In this document: piece after piece, positions 55,583-64,000 of the stretch
Numbering within the stretch: the first letter of the stretch is position 1
Layout of the letters: the number at the start of each line of letters is the position of its first letter
Assembly (NCBI GenBank): GCA_038222225.1
Contig: JBBRHV010000003.1
Span: 10,331-74,330, forward strand
Source of the DNA: Candidatus Omnitrophota bacterium
GTDB lineage: Bacteria > Omnitrophota > Gorgyraeia > Zapsychrales > JANLHA01
Length of the DNA stretch: 64,000 bases
Direction of reading: 5' to 3'
Position numbers and translations under genes: made by a program
The notes under the pieces: generated by a model
Told to the model about the DNA's origin: nothing
Database searches by the model: none
The model's input: the letters and a program-made list of their open reading frames with translations, nothing else

Positions 55583-58500
55583 TTATTCCCAGACCGAATC
55601 CCTCGTGACCAACAGTTCCTCGGGCTCCTCCACAGAGCTGTTCTGCTCAATAACCAGCCGGTAATCACGGGGATAAACTTTAACAAACTGCGACAAGACC
55701 TCGTTCCAGTGATCCAGCACAGACCGGGCAACAGCACTGTCAGTATACTGATAATGTGCCCGTATCAACTGCAATAACTCGGCAGAATCCTCCGACGATT
55801 CGACCGGAAGCAGATCAGCCATGCCATCATTGAACCGGGTGTGAAAATCTCCCGCTCTATCCCACACATACGCGATCCCGCCGCTCATCCCCGCGCCGAA
55901 ATTGCGACCGGTAGACCCTAAAACAACAACACGCCCACCAGTCATATATTCACAGCAATGATCCCCCGCGCCTTCAACAACGGCATGGGCCCCGCTGTTA
56001 CGCACGCAGAACCGCTCACCGGCTATTCCTCTAAAATAGGCCTCACCGCAGATCGCGCCGTAAAGAAGAACGTTTCCCACGAGAATATTCTGCTCGGGAA
56101 CGAACGTCGCATTCTTAGGAGGATAAACAATGATTTTTCCGCCGGACAATCCCTTGCCCAAATAATCATTGGCATCGCCCTCTAAAGTGAAGGTAACCCC
56201 CCGCGATAAAAACGCGCCGAAACTCTGTCCGGCTGAGCCGGTAAAATGGATCTTAATGGTGTCTTCCGGAAGGCCTTGCATGCCGTACTTTCTAGCGATA
56301 AAAGAACTCAACATCGCCCCGACGGTGCGGTTAACGTTGCTGATTTCGGAATCAAAACTGACCGGACGACGAGTCTCAATCGCCTTTTTACAATGCTTGA
56401 TCAATTCATTATCAAGCGCTTTTTCCAATCCATGCTGCTGTTTCTCCTCGCAAGAAATCGCAATGTGTCCATAGACGTCAGGTTTATGAAGCACGTAGGT
56501 CAAATCGATGCCTTTGGTCTTCCAATGACCAACAGCTTCCTGCACGTCAAGCATATCCACCCGGCCGATCATTTCTTTAAATGTCCTAAAACCCAGGCCT
56601 GCCATGATCTCGCGGACTTCTTCAGCCACAAACATGAAATAGTTTACAACATGCTCCGGCTTTCCCTCAAATTTCTTGCGCAGTTGCGGGTCCTGTGTTG
56701 CAATTCCGACGGAACAGGTGTTCAAATGACATTTACGCAGCATCACACAACCCATCGTGACGAGCGCGATTGTCCCGAATCCAAACTCATCCGCCCCCAG
56801 CATCGCCGTAATAACGACATCGCGTCCCGTACGGATCAGCCCGTCGGCCTGGACCCGTATGCGGCCGCGAAGGTCATTCATAACCAAAACCTGCTGCGCT
56901 TCAGCCAATCCAAGTTCCATCGGCAACCCCGCATACTTAATCGATGTCTGCGGAGAAGCGCCTGTCCCACCCTCGCCTCCGCTGATCACCACATGGTCCG
57001 CTTTTCCTTTAGACACGCCGGCAGCAACCGTTCCCACGCCAACCTCCGAAACCAGCTTGACACTGATATCCGCGTTTGCGTTCACGTTCTTTAAGTCGTG
57101 GATCAATTGCGCCAAGTCTTCGATCGAATAGATATCATGATGCGGAGGAGGCGAAATAAGTGCAACCCCCGGAGTGGTTAAGCGTGTTTTGGCAATTTCT
57201 GGACTCACCTTATGTCCAGGCAGTTGTCCGCCCTCGCCGGGTTTGGCTCCTTGCGCCATTTTAATCTGGATCTGATCAGCGTTCACTAAATATTCAACCG
57301 TTACGCCGAATCGGCCCTGTGCAACCTGCTTGATGCGGCTCCGTCGATAATCTCCATTGGCATCGCGCTGAAACCGTTCTGGGTCTTCGCCGCCTTCACC
57401 AGTATTGGAAAACCCGCCTAACCGGTTCATGGCTATAGCCAGACACTCATGGGCCTCCCTTGAGATGGATCCATACGACATGCCGCCGGTAGCAAACCGC
57501 TTGACGATCTCCGCAGCCGGCTCGACCTCCTCAATCGGAATGGATTTTTTATTTTTGAATTTCAAAAGCCCTCGGATCGTTGTGAGATTCGTCTGATAAT
57601 TATTCAGGTACTGCGCGAATTCCCGATAGGCCTCCTTATTATTTGTCCGGACCGCATAATGAAGCTTTTGGATCGTATACGGATTGATCTGGTGTTGTTC
57701 GTCATCCTTGCGCCAATGATAAAACCCGCCGCTGTCCAAAAGGCCAACATCCGGTCTCGGCTCTTCGGAATAAACAGCTTCATGCCGCATCAACACTTCT
57801 TGGGCAACATCTTCTATGCCAATACCGCCTATCCGCGAAACAGTGGCCGTAAAATAACGCTTCACAAATTCTTCTGCAAGCCCGACAGCCTCAAAGATCT
57901 GCGCGCCGCAATAGGACTGAACCGTTGAAATCCCCATCTTGGATATAATCTTAAATAGGCCTTTACGCGTACTTTTCAAAAAATTCTTAACCGCAAGTTC
58001 ATGCGTCAGGCCTTCCGGTAAAAGGCCTTTCGACAGACGGTCCGCAATGATCTCGCCGATAAGATAAGGGTTGATCGCGTTACAGCCATACCCGATCAGA
58101 AGGGCGAAATGATGCATTTCGCGCGCTTCCCCTGTCTCAACGATCAAGCTCACCTTGGTCCGGGTCTGCCGGCGCACCAAATGCTGATGCAGCCCCGAGC
58201 AGGCCAAAAGCGCCGGAATCGGCGCATTCTTCTCATTCGTCGCACGATCGGACAGAATCAGGATGTTGCAGCCTTCTTCAATCGCCTTGTCCACCTGCAC
58301 AAAAAGCTCTTCCAAGGCGGACTCTAACCCTTTCTTGCCAAACGCGGCCTCAAAGGTCATTTGCAATGTCCTCGACTGAAAATCAGGATCTTTAAGATCG
58401 CGAATCTTTTCCAGCTCGCGGTTAGTTATTAAAGGTCTTTTTAAACGGATACGCCGGGTGTGGACCTCGGTCTCATCCAGCAGATTTGCCTCAGCCCCCA

Positions 58501-60136
58501 ACAAGACCCGTTCCGACATAACGTTTTCTTCGCGAATCGGATCAATCGGAGGATTCGTCACCTGTGCGAACAGTTGTTTAAAATAATGATACAAAAGCTG
58601 CGGTTTATTTGATAACACCGCCAGCGAAGAATCTGCCCCCATGTAGCCCGTAGCCTCTTCCCCGTTGACGATCATGGGAAGGATCACCATGTTGATATCC
58701 TCAAGGGTATAACCAAAAGCCTTCTGTCGCTGTAAAAGCGTTTTCAGGTCCGGTTCATGATACCGTTTCGGACCCGGAAGGCTTTCCAGATCAACAATAT
58801 TCTTCTGCAGCCACTCGCCGTAAGGCTTTGCGCTCGAGCATTCTTTTTTAAGCTCTGTATCGTCGATAATACGGCCCTGCTGCGTATCGATCAGAAATAT
58901 CTTTCCTGGTCTGAGGCGCTCTTTAGCCTTGACCTGTTGCGGAGCAACCGGAAGAACCCCGGTCTCAGATGCCATGATCACAACATCATCATGAGTAACC
59001 GTGATCCGTGACGGACGAAGGCCGTTCCGGTCCAAGATCGCGCCAATATAGCGTCCATCGGTAAAAGCAATGGATGCCGGTCCGTCCCAGGGCTCCATCA
59101 GGCATGAATGATACTCGTAAAAATCTTTTCTTTCCTGGGACATGCTTTCATGGCTAACCCAGGCCTCCGGAACCATCATCATCAACGCATGCGGCAGGCT
59201 TCGGCCAGACAAGACCAAAAATTCCAGGGCGTTGTCAAAAGTCGCCGAGTCGCTGACGTGCGGAACCACAATCGGCAGGGCCTTTTTTAATTCTTCGTCG
59301 CTGAAAACCTTAGAAACAAAATCTTTCTCGCGCGCTCGCATCCAGTTGAAATTTCCCCGCAAGGTATTAATCTCGCCGTTATGCGCGATCATTCGAAACG
59401 GATGAGCAAGCGCCCACGTCGGGAATGTGTTGGTGCTATAGCGTGAATGAACCATCGCCAAACCCGTTTCAAAATCAGGGTCCGCTAGATCCGTAAAAAA
59501 ACTGTCCACCTGATCCGCCAGCAGCTGGCCTTTATAAACGATTGTTCTTGATGATAAACTACAGAAATAAAAAGATCTCTTCTCTCTCAGGATCGATTCT
59601 TCAATTTTATTAAAAAGACTCTTGCGAATCACATAAAGCTTCAATTCAAACCGCTCTTGCGGCGTCTTTTCTCCACGGCCAATAATGATCTGCCGAAAAA
59701 TCGGCATGCCGGACCTAGCGACGGATCCGATCTTTTCAGGGTCAATCGGCACATCGCGCCACCCGAGGAAAATCTGTCCTTCCTGCCGGACAGCACGTTC
59801 AATCCACTCCTGGATCGTATTGCGCGACTCCAGGTTGCACGGCAAAAACGTCATTCCCACGCCGTAATCGCCCTCGCAGGGCAGATCAATGTTCAATTTT
59901 GCGCATTCTTTGCGAAAAAACTTATCCGGCATTTGGACCAGAATGCCCGCGCCATCACCGGTCAAAGGATCCGAACCGGTCGCACCCCGATGATTGAGAT
60001 TCTCAAGAATCCTGATTCCGTCACGAACCATCTTATGCGTTTTGTGGCCCTTCATATGACAAATAAAACCGACCCCGCAACTATCATGCTCATAAAACGG
60101 ATCATACAGACCTTGTTTTTCCGGATACTGATTCAT
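55583..60136 (-). CDS. gltB: Glutamate synthase large (alpha) subunit.
   Basis: N-terminal Ntn amidotransferase CGVGFIC; FMN and 3Fe-4S regions; about 1517 aa from the MNQYP start with RBS AGAGAGG. Confidence 0.95.
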   Translation of the reverse strand: MNQYPEKQGLYDPFYEHDSCGVGFICHMKGHKTHKMVRDGIRILENLNHRGATGSDPLTGDGAGILVQMPDKFFRKECAKLNIDLPCEGDYGVGMTFLPCNLESRNTIQEWIERAVRQEGQIFLGWRDVPIDPEKIGSVARSGMPIFRQIIIGRGEKTPQERFELKLYVIRKSLFNKIEESILREKRSFYFCSLSSRTIVYKGQLLADQVDSFFTDLADPDFETGLAMVHSRYSTNTFPTWALAHPFRMIAHNGEINTLRGNFNWMRAREKDFVSKVFSDEELKKALPIVVPHVSDSATFDNALEFLVLSGRSLPHALMMMVPEAWVSHESMSQERKDFYEYHSCLMEPWDGPASIAFTDGRYIGAILDRNGLRPSRITVTHDDVVIMASETGVLPVAPQQVKAKERLRPGKIFLIDTQQGRIIDDTELKKECSSAKPYGEWLQKNIVDLESLPGPKRYHEPDLKTLLQRQKAFGYTLEDINMVILPMIVNGEEATGYMGADSSLAVLSNKPQLLYHYFKQLFAQVTNPPIDPIREENVMSERVLLGAEANLLDETEVHTRRIRLKRPLITNRELEKIRDLKDPDFQSRTLQMTFEAAFGKKGLESALEELFVQVDKAIEEGCNILILSDRATNEKNAPIPALLACSGLHQHLVRRQTRTKVSLIVETGEAREMHHFALLIGYGCNAINPYLIGEIIADRLSKGLLPEGLTHELAVKNFLKSTRKGLFKIISKMGISTVQSYCGAQIFEAVGLAEEFVKRYFTATVSRIGGIGIEDVAQEVLMRHEAVYSEEPRPDVGLLDSGGFYHWRKDDEQHQINPYTIQKLHYAVRTNNKEAYREFAQYLNNYQTNLTTIRGLLKFKNKKSIPIEEVEPAAEIVKRFATGGMSYGSISREAHECLAIAMNRLGGFSNTGEGGEDPERFQRDANGDYRRSRIKQVAQGRFGVTVEYLVNADQIQIKMAQGAKPGEGGQLPGHKVSPEIAKTRLTTPGVALISPPPHHDIYSIEDLAQLIHDLKNVNANADISVKLVSEVGVGTVAAGVSKGKADHVVISGGEGGTGASPQTSIKYAGLPMELGLAEAQQVLVMNDLRGRIRVQADGLIRTGRDVVITAMLGADEFGFGTIALVTMGCVMLRKCHLNTCSVGIATQDPQLRKKFEGKPEHVVNYFMFVAEEVREIMAGLGFRTFKEMIGRVDMLDVQEAVGHWKTKGIDLTYVLHKPDVYGHIAISCEEKQQHGLEKALDNELIKHCKKAIETRRPVSFDSEISNVNRTVGAMLSSFIARKYGMQGLPEDTIKIHFTGSAGQSFGAFLSRGVTFTLEGDANDYLGKGLSGGKIIVYPPKNATFVPEQNILVGNVLLYGAICGEAYFRGIAGERFCVRNSGAHAVVEGAGDHCCEYMTGGRVVVLGSTGRNFGAGMSGGIAYVWDRAGDFHTRFNDGMADLLPVESSEDSAELLQLIRAHYQYTDSAVARSVLDHWNEVLSQFVKVYPRDYRLVIEQNSSVEEPEELLVTRDSVWE

Positions 60137-60149
60137 GAACAACCTCTCT

Positions 60150-61838
60150 TTAATACTCTTTATACTTATTAGTAATCGGCAAACGCCAATCCTTACCAAA
60201 TGCCCGCGGCGTGATCTTCACGCCGGGCGGAGCCTGACGGCGTTTATATTCGCTTTGGTCAACCAGCCGGAAAACCCGCTGAACGAGCTCAGAGCTCTGA
60301 GCCTTCTTTAAGATCTGCTTAAAGGAACGCTGCCGTTCAATATAATCAATTAAGATCTCGTCTAGAATTTCATACGCCGGCAAAAAATCCTGATCCGTCT
60401 GATTAAACTTAAGTTCCGCGGAAGGCGGCCGGTCCAAAACCGACTGCGGAATGATCTTCTGACCGGCCAGAGCATTCCGGTAACGCGCCAGCTCATACAC
60501 CCGTGTTTTATAGACATCCTTAATGACCGCAAACCCACCGGACATATCTCCGTAGAGCGTGCAATACCCGACGGCCATCTCGCTTTTGTTCCCGGTGGTC
60601 AAAACCAGCCAGCCGTGTTTATTGGAAAGCGCCATCAAATAATTTCCGCGAATGCGGGCTTGTAAATTTTCTTCCGCCACATTTTCCGGAAGCCCCTGAA
60701 AAACGCCGGACAGTGTTTTAAGATACGCCTCAAAAGTCGGTTTCAGCGGTATCTCGCAAAATTGAATCCCGAAATTCTCAGCAACCGTTCGAGCATCCGC
60801 ATATGTGCCGGCACTGGTATACTGAGACGGCATTGAAACGCCGATCACATTTTTAGATCCGATGGCATCAACGGCAATGCAGGCCACCAAAGAAGAATCA
60901 ATCCCGCCGCTCAAACCGATGACCGCTTTTTGAAACCCGTTCTTGGCCATATAATCCCGTGTCCCTAAAACAAGCGCTTTATAAATACGCTCAATCTTTT
61001 CACTCTTCGGCTGCATTTGGCGCGGCACCGGCGGCTTTTGCCGCCCATTGCCGCAAGTGAGAACAATCACGTCCTTGCCTGGTTTTCTCCGTCTGGAAAG
61101 GCGGGGCAGAACAACATCGGTCACCAGAAAATCTTCCTCAAAAAGACACGCCGTTGACAGAACTTTTCCGTCAGGGGAATACACGCAGCTGCCGCCGTCA
61201 AACACGATCTCATCCTGGCCTCCGACTAAATTCACATAGAACACGAACGCCTGCGCTTCTTTGGCCCGGCGGGATAACAGTTTGTGACGAACTTCTAGCT
61301 TCCCGATATCATACGGAGAGCCGGACATGTTGATCAAGACATCCACGCCCTGCTGAATTTGAAAGGCATGCGCTCCGTTTTCCGGCCAGATGTCTTCACA
61401 GATGCTCAGGCCGATCCGAACATCACCGATCTGAAAAACCGGATTCTGTTCTCCGCGCACAAAATACCGGCGCTCATCAAAAACTCCGTAATTCGGGAGA
61501 TGATGCTTATGATAAATACCGGCAATCTTTCCGCCGCTCAGCACCGCGGCCGCGTTAAAGAGCTGCCCGCTCCGGTCCCGGTCAACAAATCCGACAGCAA
61601 CACTGATGCCGCGCGAATGCGTTTTCAAGGAGTGCAGAAATTTTATATTGTCCGCGACAAAATGCGGTTTTAAAACCAGGTCTTCCGGTGGATAACCGCA
61701 CAGGGTCATTTCCGGAAAAACCACAAGGTCGACCGCCAAATTTTTAGCCTGACTGATCAGGCCTAAAATTTTCTGCCGGTTCCCGCTTAAGTCCCCGACT
61801 GTCGTATTGATTTGAGCCAGCGCAATTCGCATAACCAA
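60150..61838 (-). CDS. nadE: Glutamine-dependent NAD+ synthetase (CN-hydrolase + NAD synthetase domains).
   Basis: MRIALAQINTTVGDLSGN...VVFPEM nitrilase-like N-terminus; SGGIDSS PP-loop. Confidence 0.9.
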   Translation of the reverse strand: MVMRIALAQINTTVGDLSGNRQKILGLISQAKNLAVDLVVFPEMTLCGYPPEDLVLKPHFVADNIKFLHSLKTHSRGISVAVGFVDRDRSGQLFNAAAVLSGGKIAGIYHKHHLPNYGVFDERRYFVRGEQNPVFQIGDVRIGLSICEDIWPENGAHAFQIQQGVDVLINMSGSPYDIGKLEVRHKLLSRRAKEAQAFVFYVNLVGGQDEIVFDGGSCVYSPDGKVLSTACLFEEDFLVTDVVLPRLSRRRKPGKDVIVLTCGNGRQKPPVPRQMQPKSEKIERIYKALVLGTRDYMAKNGFQKAVIGLSGGIDSSLVACIAVDAIGSKNVIGVSMPSQYTSAGTYADARTVAENFGIQFCEIPLKPTFEAYLKTLSGVFQGLPENVAEENLQARIRGNYLMALSNKHGWLVLTTGNKSEMAVGYCTLYGDMSGGFAVIKDVYKTRVYELARYRNALAGQKIIPQSVLDRPPSAELKFNQTDQDFLPAYEILDEILIDYIERQRSFKQILKKAQSSELVQRVFRLVDQSEYKRRQAPPGVKITPRAFGKDWRLPITNKYKEY

Positions 61839-61854
61839 GACCCCTGACGTCCTA

Positions 61855-62556
61855 TTACATTATATTAAGTAAATTATTATATATATTTTCACTTAGTTGG
61901 CAAAACCTTTCTTGATTTTCCTGAAATTCGCGCGCCAAGGAATGCCTCTTTTCAAAAATATCGCCTCTTTCAACAGAACAATACGCCTTTGCCCAAACCT
62001 CTGCCATTTTCTCAGTTATTTCCATATGACACTGAAAACCATAGACTTGCGAACCTAAACGAAAGGCCTGGTTGCGGCATTCGCGCCCCTCCAACAGAAG
62101 CGTTGCCCCTTGCGGCAGGTCAAAGGTATCGCCATGCCATTCAAAATAATTTTCCTGCCGACAAACACCATCAAACAAAGGATCCTTAAGGCCCTGTTCC
62201 GTTAGAGAAAGCGACTTAAACCCGATTTCCTCTTTCTCGCACCGGTACACCTTAGCCCCGGCTGCCTTAGCAATCAGCTGCGCCCCAAGACATAACCCCA
62301 AAGTCGGAACACCTTGATCAATCAAACGCCGGATGAAATCTGTTTCATCACGCAAAAAAGGATACTTCTGTTCTTCATACACATTCATCGGCCCACCCAA
62401 GATCACTGCCAGCTCAATGTCGCTCACCTTCTCCGGCAAAACTTCCCCTACGCTCAATTCAATCGTGCGTGCAAAAAACCCCTGTCTCTCCAGAAACTCT
62501 CCTAGCGTCCCCGGCCCTTCGATATTAATGTTTTTTAGATAAAGCACCATAATCAA
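61855..62556 (-). CDS. Class I glutamine amidotransferase-like protein (GATase1 domain).
   Basis: GLCLGAQLI catalytic Cys region; His/Glu near C-terminus (FQCHMEITEK). Confidence 0.75.
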   Translation of the reverse strand: MIMVLYLKNINIEGPGTLGEFLERQGFFARTIELSVGEVLPEKVSDIELAVILGGPMNVYEEQKYPFLRDETDFIRRLIDQGVPTLGLCLGAQLIAKAAGAKVYRCEKEEIGFKSLSLTEQGLKDPLFDGVCRQENYFEWHGDTFDLPQGATLLLEGRECRNQAFRLGSQVYGFQCHMEITEKMAEVWAKAYCSVERGDIFEKRHSLAREFQENQERFCQLSENIYNNLLNIM

Positions 62557-62817
62557 CCTCGTAGGTTACTTCGTAGGTTAGAACCTACGAAGTTAAATTA
62601 AAAAAGCGTAGCACGTAAAGAAACTTCCACGCTTTACGTCTACGCTCAAATCTTTACGCTTTTTTAAGGGGGTGGAGGTGGACCTGCTGGAAGTCCACCC
62701 CACCAATGGGATGCATCCTACACAACATCCCGATAACCTCCTCTAAACACTCACATCAGCATCTGCTCCTTCCAGCGAAGCATGCTCCTGTGCTGTACAA
62801 ATACGCTCCTGTACACC

Positions 62818-64000
62818 TTAATACATAAATAACATCTCAGCATACGATGGCACCGGCCAAAGATCTTTCGGCACCAGACCCTCAAGCTCATCGATCGGCT
62901 TACGCACAGCCTTCATCGCCTCCTTGATCTTCAAAGGATCAGCCTTGGCAACCGCCTGATCAATTTTTTCCGTCAGGCTCAGTGCCTTTTCGGCTAAACT
63001 TGTGATCTCATCAAGGATCTTTCGCTGCCCGATCATTTTTGTTTTCGTTAAAGACTCCACCGACTTAATCGAGTCTGCCAGTTCTTCCTGATACGTGACA
63101 ACCACCGGAATATACATAGTCTTAACCATGTCTGAGGCCAGCTTGCCTTCATAATCCAGAATTGTGTTATACATCTCCGAATAGACTTCAAAACGGCTCA
63201 CAAGCTCTGTCTTATTCAAAACGCTATGACGGGCAAACAGATCAATGACCTCTTTGCTCTTCATGAACGGTAAAGCTTCCGGCGTTGTTTTCAAATTCGG
63301 CAGGCCGCGCTTTTCAGCTTCCTTAACCCACGCTTCCGTATAATTATCGCCGTTAAAAAGGATTCTCTTGTGCTTCTTAACAATTTTCTGTAAAAGCTTT
63401 TGCACGGCTACATTGAAATCCTTTTTACTGACTTTTTCTAACTCGTCACAGATTTCCACCAGAACATCTGCAACGATGGTATTCAAAATCAGGTTCGGAC
63501 CGGCTAAACTCTGATTAGATCCGGCCGCGCGAAACTCGAACTTCGCGCCCGTAAATGCAAACGGCGATGTCCGGTTGCGGTCAGTGGCGTCGCGCGGGAG
63601 ATCCGGAAGAGAATCCACGCCGACCTTCAGCGTTCCGCCCTGCTTGGATGTCTTGGCGTCGCCCTTCTCGATCTGATCAATAATATCCTGCAGCTGTTCC
63701 CCCAAGAAGATCGAAATAATCGCCGGAGGCGCTTCATGAGAACCTAAACGATGATCATTGCCGGCTGAAGCAACTGCAGCGCGCAATGCCGGCGCCCATG
63801 TATCGACCGCTTTAATGACAGCGCACAGCATCACCAAAAACTTGGCATTGTCATGAGGATTATCCCCCGGAGAAAGCCAATTCTTGCCGTCGGATCCGAC
63901 AACAGACCAGTTGTTGTGTTTGCCTGAACCGTTAATGCCTGCGAACGGTTTTTCATGCAACAGGCAGGCCAAATTATGCTTTTCGGCAACCTTCTGCATG
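62818..64000 (-). CDS. glnN: Glutamine synthetase type III, C-terminal part (gene continues beyond window end).
   Basis: KPFAGINGSGKHNNWS ... TDRNRTSPFAFTGAKFEFRAAGS typical of GSIII; ORF open to the window edge. Confidence 0.85.
   Translation of the reverse strand, partial: MQKVAEKHNLACLLHEKPFAGINGSGKHNNWSVVGSDGKNWLSPGDNPHDNAKFLVMLCAVIKAVDTWAPALRAAVASAGNDHRLGSHEAPPAIISIFLGEQLQDIIDQIEKGDAKTSKQGGTLKVGVDSLPDLPRDATDRNRTSPFAFTGAKFEFRAAGSNQSLAGPNLILNTIVADVLVEICDELEKVSKKDFNVAVQKLLQKIVKKHKRILFNGDNYTEAWVKEAEKRGLPNLKTTPEALPFMKSKEVIDLFARHSVLNKTELVSRFEVYSEMYNTILDYEGKLASDMVKTMYIPVVVTYQEELADSIKSVESLTKTKMIGQRKILDEITSLAEKALSLTEKIDQAVAKADPLKIKEAMKAVRKPIDELEGLVPKDLWPVPSYAEMLFMY

Overview
The window splits into two regions. 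Left region (about 1 to 37.8 kb), almost all minus-strand: accessory and signalling content that looks like a decayed integration hot-spot next to a tRNA-Glu(CUC) gene at 37323..37399. Features there: three copies of a 320-430 bp repeat (R1 558..873, R2 33616..33963, R3 36711..37142) that carry iteron-like CATTTACTAG sites and an sRNA-like structured segment ending in a rho-independent terminator; several partial copies of the tRNA-Glu 3' end (29183, 30183, 37137) and of its 5' half (37668..37703); a 75-bp duplicate of the fic 5' end at 325..395; an IS3-family insertion sequence (34000..35263); toxin-antitoxin modules (RelE/ParE with AbrB-type antitoxin, HEPN/MNT, one intact Fic and two fic fragments on opposite strands); a DUF1016_N-SNase fusion nuclease; and a pair of about 109-bp inverted-repeat-bounded elements whose interiors lie in opposite orientations (inverton- or MITE-like) flanking a DUF1456 gene. 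The same region holds a putative lipid/glycolipid operon (EEP phosphoesterase, GDE_C-like glycosidase, DedA, GT4, GtrA, cardiolipin synthase); a dense c-di-GMP and two-component signalling neighbourhood (PAS-GAF-GGDEF with AGDEF variant, PilZ, PAS3-GGDEF-HD-GYP, an ECF sigma factor, single REC proteins, a FixL/FixJ-like pair) sharing a conserved about 70-bp intergenic element (CAATTGTACCAGGGTATAACT...) in 3 full copies and 1 partial copy; an envelope-stress cluster (BON/OsmY, glycine-zipper and entericidin-like lipoproteins, a Gly/Ala/Val-rich repeat protein); a PEP-CTERM protein; and paralogous secreted proteins. Right region (37.9 to 64 kb): a FIST - histidine kinase - REC-GGDEF(GGDDF) operon on the plus strand, then minus-strand housekeeping genes forming a striking cluster of glutamine-dependent enzymes: pyrG, purF, carB, carA, gltB, gltD, nadE, a class-I GATase and a type III glutamine synthetase (partial at window end), plus rpe, a tRNA-Leu(GAG), an SSS transporter and a TPR lipoprotein. 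No CRISPR array, rRNA or integrase gene was found. The organism is probably Gram-negative (PEP-CTERM, lipoproteins, GSIII); taxon not determinable from sequence alone.
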